DNA from: Candidatus Omnitrophota bacterium
GTDB taxonomy: Bacteria; Hinthialibacterota; Hinthialibacteria; Hinthialibacterales; Hinthialibacteraceae
Length of the DNA stretch: 64,000 nucleotides
Direction of reading: 5' to 3'
NCBI GenBank assembly: GCA_040755155.1
Contig: JBFMBP010000084.1
Coordinates: 405 to 64,404 of the forward strand
Shown: piece after piece, positions 59,487 to 64,000 of the stretch
Layout of the letters: each line of letters opens with the position of its first letter
Position numbering within the stretch: position 1 is the stretch's first letter
The notes under the pieces: generated by a model
Databases searched by the model: none
What the model was told of the DNA's origin: nothing
The model's input: the letters and a program-made list of their open reading frames with translations, nothing else
Position numbers and translations under genes: made by a program

Positions 59487-60158
59487 ATGAATAGTTTACC
59501 TTTTAAGGAAATTCAAAATTTATTTTTGAAATGTTTGAAAGAGGCGAATATTTTTGATCGTCCCGATTCCGATGGCAGGTTATTCGAAGCGGAAGACATT
59601 ACAAAAGATAATAAAAGATGGTTAGCGGTTGCGGCAGGAGTCAATAAAAAAGAAGCAAGCGAGCTATTCTTCGGAAATAAATCGCGCGCCGTCAAAGCGG
59701 AGTATCCAATCCGCTTCCATCGATCCGGCGAAATCCGAATGTTATTTATCGTTCGTCCCTTCGATAGCGATTTATCCAAAGTTCAACCCTTATCATTAAT
59801 AATGCCTTTCGCGAAAACCATTCCATGGTTGGAAGTACGTCAAGCCTATCTTAGAGTTTCGAATTTACCTCAAAATGATAAAAATATCGATAATATTCGT
59901 TGGGAGTGGGATTGCAATTACTTCAGAGAAAAGCCGCAAGAATTTTGGCTCAAAGGTTGGTTCGATGAATTAGGTTTTAATCCATCCCACTCGCCATCTC
60001 ATCTTCATTTTAATTCGAATAAATCAATCCAAAATAATCCATCGAGCATCCGTGATGGCGATTTAGCGGATGATTTGCGCCTTGCCATAGGAAATCCCAA
60101 TCCTCTCGCTTTTATTATTTCGCTTGCCTTATGGATAAAGACTTTGCAAGTACGATAA
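59487..60158 (+). CDS. hypothetical protein, operon partner 3 of the AAA+ ATPase
   Basis: 9-bp gap from the previous gene. Low GC. No motif recognised. Confidence 0.6.
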   Translation: MNSLPFKEIQNLFLKCLKEANIFDRPDSDGRLFEAEDITKDNKRWLAVAAGVNKKEASELFFGNKSRAVKAEYPIRFHRSGEIRMLFIVRPFDSDLSKVQPLSLIMPFAKTIPWLEVRQAYLRVSNLPQNDKNIDNIRWEWDCNYFREKPQEFWLKGWFDELGFNPSHSPSHLHFNSNKSIQNNPSSIRDGDLADDLRLAIGNPNPLAFIISLALWIKTLQVR

Positions 60159-60172
60159 AATAATTTGAGTTA

Positions 60173-62020
60173 ATGAATCTCATGCCACCATCCTTCCCCC
60201 CCCGCGATCTTAAATTCATAACCGTCTTGTTAGCCATCCTCTTTCTGTTCGCGCCGCTTTTTCCTCAATTGTCCACTCCCCAGTTCGCCTATTTCTTTCG
60301 TTCCGTCATTGATCTTTTGATTGTCGTTGCTTTCTGCCGGTTGGGATTGGTTTCGGCGATGGCTCGAATTCTGCTATTCCCTATATCGATCCCTGCTCTT
60401 GCGGGATTGGCTTGGCTGTTCTTGGAATTGATGCAAACGCCTGACTTGTATCGCGCCAAAGGCAAGTGCATGGTTTTATTAACGGTGTGGATGTTGTTCG
60501 TCCTGATGCGTCTGATTCCCATAACGAATGCTTCGCGGCGCTGGCTTTGTCTTTGTCTCGCGTTGGGCGGCGTTCTCGCCGCTTTGCATGGGCTTTATTT
60601 GCAATGGACGGGCTTCGGCGAATTTATCGACGTTATGAAAGAAAACGCTCTCTATGACGACGCTATGCGCAAGGAACTCATCGTCTCGCTGGAAGCCAAC
60701 CGCGCTTTGGGGCGCTTCGGCAATCCCAATCACCTGGCGGGGTATCTTGCGCTCTCGCTCTGGCCGTTCTGGTTCCTTTGGAAAGAAGAGCGCGCCGCCT
60801 GGCCGCGCCGCTTGCTGCCCGTGATGGCGCTTCCCATCTTGATTTGTCTTTACCGAACCTATTCCCGCAGCGGGCTGCTGGCTTTGCTCGCGGCGATGCT
60901 TTTCGTTTTTCTTTATGAATTGATCGAGCGAGGTTACGGTCCCCGGCTCATGCGTTGGGCTTGGATCGCTGGCGGATTATGTCTTGCGGGGATCGTCGCG
61001 GCGGGATTGCTGGGATGGTTCATGGCGCAGGGAATTATCCCCTCGCCGCCGCCGTCGCTTTTCGGTGGACGGCTATTGACGATATCGACGGTGGAAGCGC
61101 GGATGGATTTCTATCGCGGCGCTTTGGCGATTATCAAGCAAAATCCCTGGCTGGGCGTGGGGCCGGAAGGATTCGAATCTTACTACTGTTCCTTTATACG
61201 TCCCGGTGACCGCGAATCCCGTTATGTACATAATTTCCTGTTGGAAGCGGGCGTCGAGGGCGGCGCCATCGGTTTTTTCCTTGTCTCATGGCTACTTTTC
61301 GCCGTGATCCGATACTTGCGCCGCGCTTGGCAAAACTATCCGCATGAACGCGCCGTCATCTTCTCCGCCGCCGGTTGCTTTGGGACGCTCGTTTTTCTCT
61401 CTCTGTTGGATTTTCACAATAATCTTATGGAATTCTGGATTGCTCCCGTCTTTTTTTTGGGTTTGGCTTCTCGCAATTCTATTGCAGCGCCGCCGCCGGA
61501 GCGCTCACTGCGCTGGATGGGGATTGGATTCTGCGCGGTTCTGGCGTTGTCGTGGACGTTTTGGGGATTCTGCCGTTATTTCAACGAGATCGACCGCGAC
61601 AAAGGGTATTATCTGGTTGTCGACCATCAGCCCGCCGCCGCCCAACAGGCTTATGAACGCGCTGTTCTGTTTGATCGGACGGACGCCGATTCCTGGCGCA
61701 GTCTAAGCCTGATTTGGGCGGAAATCCCCGAACGAGACGCCCAATTGCGCCGATTATCCTATATAAAAACCGCCGTCCGCTGGGCGCCGCGCCGCGCTTT
61801 GATCCGTTCCGATTACGCTGCAGCTCTCTTTGCGCTAGGATATTCCGAGCAAGCGCTGCGCGAAATCGAAATTGCGCAGCGTTTGTTTCCCGCCCGGCCC
61901 AAGTATTATGAAATCATGGCGGATTTTTACCGCCTCCTCGGCCAGCCGGAGCAAGCGGCGCAAGAAAAGCAAAAAGCCGAGGCCATCCAAAAAGAGATAG
62001 AAGCGCGATATCCGTCATGA
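60173..62020 (+). CDS. O-antigen ligase (Wzy_C/RfaL) family membrane protein with a C-terminal TPR region
   Basis: About 11 TMs. Wzy_C motifs RTYSRSGLLALLAAMLF and GVGPEGFESYY...HNFLLEAGVEGGAIG. TPR-like helical tail. Confidence 0.8.
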   Translation: MNLMPPSFPPRDLKFITVLLAILFLFAPLFPQLSTPQFAYFFRSVIDLLIVVAFCRLGLVSAMARILLFPISIPALAGLAWLFLELMQTPDLYRAKGKCMVLLTVWMLFVLMRLIPITNASRRWLCLCLALGGVLAALHGLYLQWTGFGEFIDVMKENALYDDAMRKELIVSLEANRALGRFGNPNHLAGYLALSLWPFWFLWKEERAAWPRRLLPVMALPILICLYRTYSRSGLLALLAAMLFVFLYELIERGYGPRLMRWAWIAGGLCLAGIVAAGLLGWFMAQGIIPSPPPSLFGGRLLTISTVEARMDFYRGALAIIKQNPWLGVGPEGFESYYCSFIRPGDRESRYVHNFLLEAGVEGGAIGFFLVSWLLFAVIRYLRRAWQNYPHERAVIFSAAGCFGTLVFLSLLDFHNNLMEFWIAPVFFLGLASRNSIAAPPPERSLRWMGIGFCAVLALSWTFWGFCRYFNEIDRDKGYYLVVDHQPAAAQQAYERAVLFDRTDADSWRSLSLIWAEIPERDAQLRRLSYIKTAVRWAPRRALIRSDYAAALFALGYSEQALREIEIAQRLFPARPKYYEIMADFYRLLGQPEQAAQEKQKAEAIQKEIEARYPS

Positions 62021-62922
62021 CCGCACAGACGTTAAATGCAATAAATCCAATAACTCATCCCCGCCGCCAAACCCGCCAAGTGCTGGTTCGCGGCGTTCCC
62101 ATCGGCGGCGGCGCTCCCATCGCCGTGCAAACGATGGTCAAAGTCCCCACCACGGATTACGGCGCCGTTATGCGCGAAATTGAAGCCTCCAACCGCATCG
62201 ATCCCCGCGACCTTCCCGACCGCGAACAGAATATCTTGCAGGACTTGCATTGCTGGGAAGATGCCTGCGCCTTGGCGCCTTTTCATAGCGACATCAACCG
62301 CGTCAGCATTCCCGACGAAGAATCCGCCGATAATCTGGAGCGCATCGTCAAGAATTCCCCTATCCCCATTGTCGCCGACATCCATTTCCGGCCTCCGATG
62401 GCCATCGCGGCGTTGGAAGCGGGCGTAGATAAACTGCGCATCAATCCCGGCAACATCCGCGATCCAAAATTGCTAAAAAAGCTGGCCCGCGAAGCCATCG
62501 ACCGGGGCAAGCCCATGCGCGTTGGGGTCAACGCCGGTTCGCTCGATAAAAGTCTGCGAGAGCAATACGGCGATCATTCCGCCGAAGCCCTGGCCATCAG
62601 CGCTGCCCAATCCGTCCAGCTCATGGCTGAGGAAGGCGTGCGCGGCATCGTGGTTTCGCTCAAAGCCAACGACGCCCGCTGGACCATTGACGCTTATCGC
62701 CTGTTCGCCCAAAAGAACGACTACCCGCTTCATCTCGGCGTGACGGAAGCGGGCTGCGGACGCGCCGCCGTCGTTAATTCATGGGCGGGAATCGGTTCGC
62801 TTTTGCAGTTGGGAATCGGCGATACGATCCGCATCTCCCTTACGGAAGATTCTCGTCTGGAGGTAATCGTCGGCCATCTGCTTCTCCACTACCTCGGCCT
62901 GCCGCGCCATCCGTTTTCATAA
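62017..62922 (+). CDS. ispG: IspG/GcpE (HMBPP synthase) TIM-barrel domain only; the C-terminal 4Fe-4S-binding domain is absent (truncated or pseudogene)
   Basis: Collinear with E. coli IspG through GIGDTIRISL...LGL, then a stop just before the expected CPxC cluster motif. ATGA overlap with the upstream gene. Confidence 0.8.
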   Translation: MTAQTLNAINPITHPRRQTRQVLVRGVPIGGGAPIAVQTMVKVPTTDYGAVMREIEASNRIDPRDLPDREQNILQDLHCWEDACALAPFHSDINRVSIPDEESADNLERIVKNSPIPIVADIHFRPPMAIAALEAGVDKLRINPGNIRDPKLLKKLAREAIDRGKPMRVGVNAGSLDKSLREQYGDHSAEALAISAAQSVQLMAEEGVRGIVVSLKANDARWTIDAYRLFAQKNDYPLHLGVTEAGCGRAAVVNSWAGIGSLLQLGIGDTIRISLTEDSRLEVIVGHLLLHYLGLPRHPFS

Positions 62923-62998
62923 ATATCCAATGAGAACGAATTCCTAAAAATCAGTGATTGATTATTTCGGATAAAAAAACGATCTATACTATGAAGAA

Positions 62999-63358
62999 AA
63001 GGGGGGAGGAGGCGATCGCGAGCGGATTTATTCCGTTCGAGGAAAGTCCGGACTCCACAGAGCAGGACGCTGGGTAACGCCCAGGAGGGGAAACCCTACG
63101 GAAAGCGCCACAGAAAACATACCGCCCGCTTCGTCGGGTAAGGGTGAAAAGGCAGGGTAAGAGCCTACCGCGGTTCCGGGCGACCGGACCGGCATGGCAA
63201 GCCCCGTCCGGAGCAATGTCAAATAGGAGAGGAGGAGCGGCTCGCTCCGCCCCGCGTCATAGCGGGAAACTCTTGGGTAGGCAGCTGGAGGCCGTCAGCA
63301 ATGACGGTCCTAGAGTAATGATCGCCCGCGACAGAATCCGGCTTATACCTCCCCCCTT
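62999..63358 (+). ncRNA. rnpB: RNase P RNA, bacterial type A
   Basis: Conserved blocks GAGGAAAGTCCGG, GGTAACGCC...GAAACC, AAGGGTGAAA, GGGTAAGAGCC, ACAGAATCCGGCTTA. P1 pairing ggggggagg / cctcccccc. Confidence 0.9.
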
Positions 63359-63382
63359 TTTCTGCCGCCCCTAAGAAAACAA

Positions 63383-63447
63383 AGAGTAGAAGAGGCTTCC
63401 AGCCTCTTGAATGGAGAAGGAAAGAGCCAGGATGGCTCTTCTACTTT
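63383..63447. terminator. long bidirectional hairpin between rnpB and the convergent methyltransferase gene
   Basis: agtagaagag...ctcttctact outer stem with internal gcttccagcc/gccaggatggc sub-hairpins, T-run after. Contains the 26-mer shared with 47317-47342. Confidence 0.55.
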
Positions 63448-64000
63448 TTCCGCGCCAACACAATCAACGATAGCCCTATAGGCAAACCGAAACTAAGAAT
63501 GAATGGCTTTTCGCTCAGATAAATCAGGGTGAGGAGACGGTTTAATATGGGGTGATGATGCATGTTGTCAGCTCGGGCTATTCGATTTTGAGTTTTGACG
63601 AACCAGCGGCGCAATCTTCCCCACCATCGCCAAAGAATAGCGGCGGGCAACAGCCAACAATTCATGTAAGACTGATGCTCGACCTCAAATCGATTCCCTT
63701 CCAGCATGGTAAGAATCCGCCGCGTTTCATAGCGCCGCACATGATGATTGATCTCGTCATGCTCCCCCCACAAGGAAGGAAATACCGGCACAGTGATCAA
63801 AACATATCCCTGCGGTTTGCAAACGCGCGCGATTTCTCGCAACGCCGCTTCGTCCTCTTCGATATGCTCCAACACATCTAAGGCCGTCACCAGATCGAAA
63901 GAAGCATCGGCGAAAGGCAATGCTTCTAATCGGGCTTGCCGCGCGTTCTCTTCCTGCCGCTGGCGGCAAAATCGAATCGCCTCTTCAGAATAATCCACGC
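63441..64000 (-). CDS. class I SAM-dependent methyltransferase (type 11-like), 5' end beyond the window
   Basis: LDVLEHIEEDEAALREIARVCKPQGYVLITVP is a methyltransferase post-II/III region. ORF open at the window end. Confidence 0.75.
   Translation of the reverse strand, partial: VDYSEEAIRFCRQRQEENARQARLEALPFADASFDLVTALDVLEHIEEDEAALREIARVCKPQGYVLITVPVFPSLWGEHDEINHHVRRYETRRILTMLEGNRFEVEHQSYMNCWLLPAAILWRWWGRLRRWFVKTQNRIARADNMHHHPILNRLLTLIYLSEKPFILSFGLPIGLSLIVLARKK

Noticed and set aside
62017-62922. Considered calling ispG a complete gene
   Set aside because: Alignment to the IspG domain order shows the ORF ends just before the Fe-S ligand motif, so it cannot be a complete functional IspG.

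Overview
This 64-kb window looks like it comes from an uncultivated bacterium whose core genome is about 55-58% GC. Several genes are reminiscent of Planctomycetes/Verrucomicrobia-like lineages: Tat-signal xylose-isomerase-like TIM barrel and Gfo/Idh/MocA enzymes, GspG-type pseudopilins and phosphate-porin O/P paralogues. I do not commit to a phylum.

Recognisable core genes:
- PhoH2, TatD and a TauE/SafE exporter.
- Giant flgK and flgL behind a sigma-54 promoter.
- A carbamoyltransferase, GT-C and GT2 glycosylation cluster.
- An MCP with an adjacent free Cache-like protein and a porin.
- dCMP deaminase, a CDF transporter, a phosphotriesterase-family enzyme, a polysaccharide deacetylase, an enolase-superfamily enzyme and an SLT domain.
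- tRNA-Lys(CTT), ppdK, prfA-prmC, a BatA/vWA protein and an O-antigen ligase.
- ispG lacking its Fe-S domain, followed directly by RNase P RNA.

Accessory and unusual content:
- Two VapBC toxin-antitoxin pairs.
- A degraded IS4-family element inserted next to a response-regulator remnant.
- A second transposase remnant.
- Four copies of a palindromic MITE-like element, two of them with terminal inverted repeats.
- A duplicated consensus sigma-70 promoter with a palindromic operator.
- A 72-bp in-frame duplication carrying a hairpin identical to a distant terminator.

Most interesting: a low-GC island (about 56.6-60.2 kb) with VapBC followed by a three-gene operon (AAA+ Orc1/Cdc6-like ATPase plus two unknown proteins). 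I propose it as a candidate undescribed accessory or defence system.
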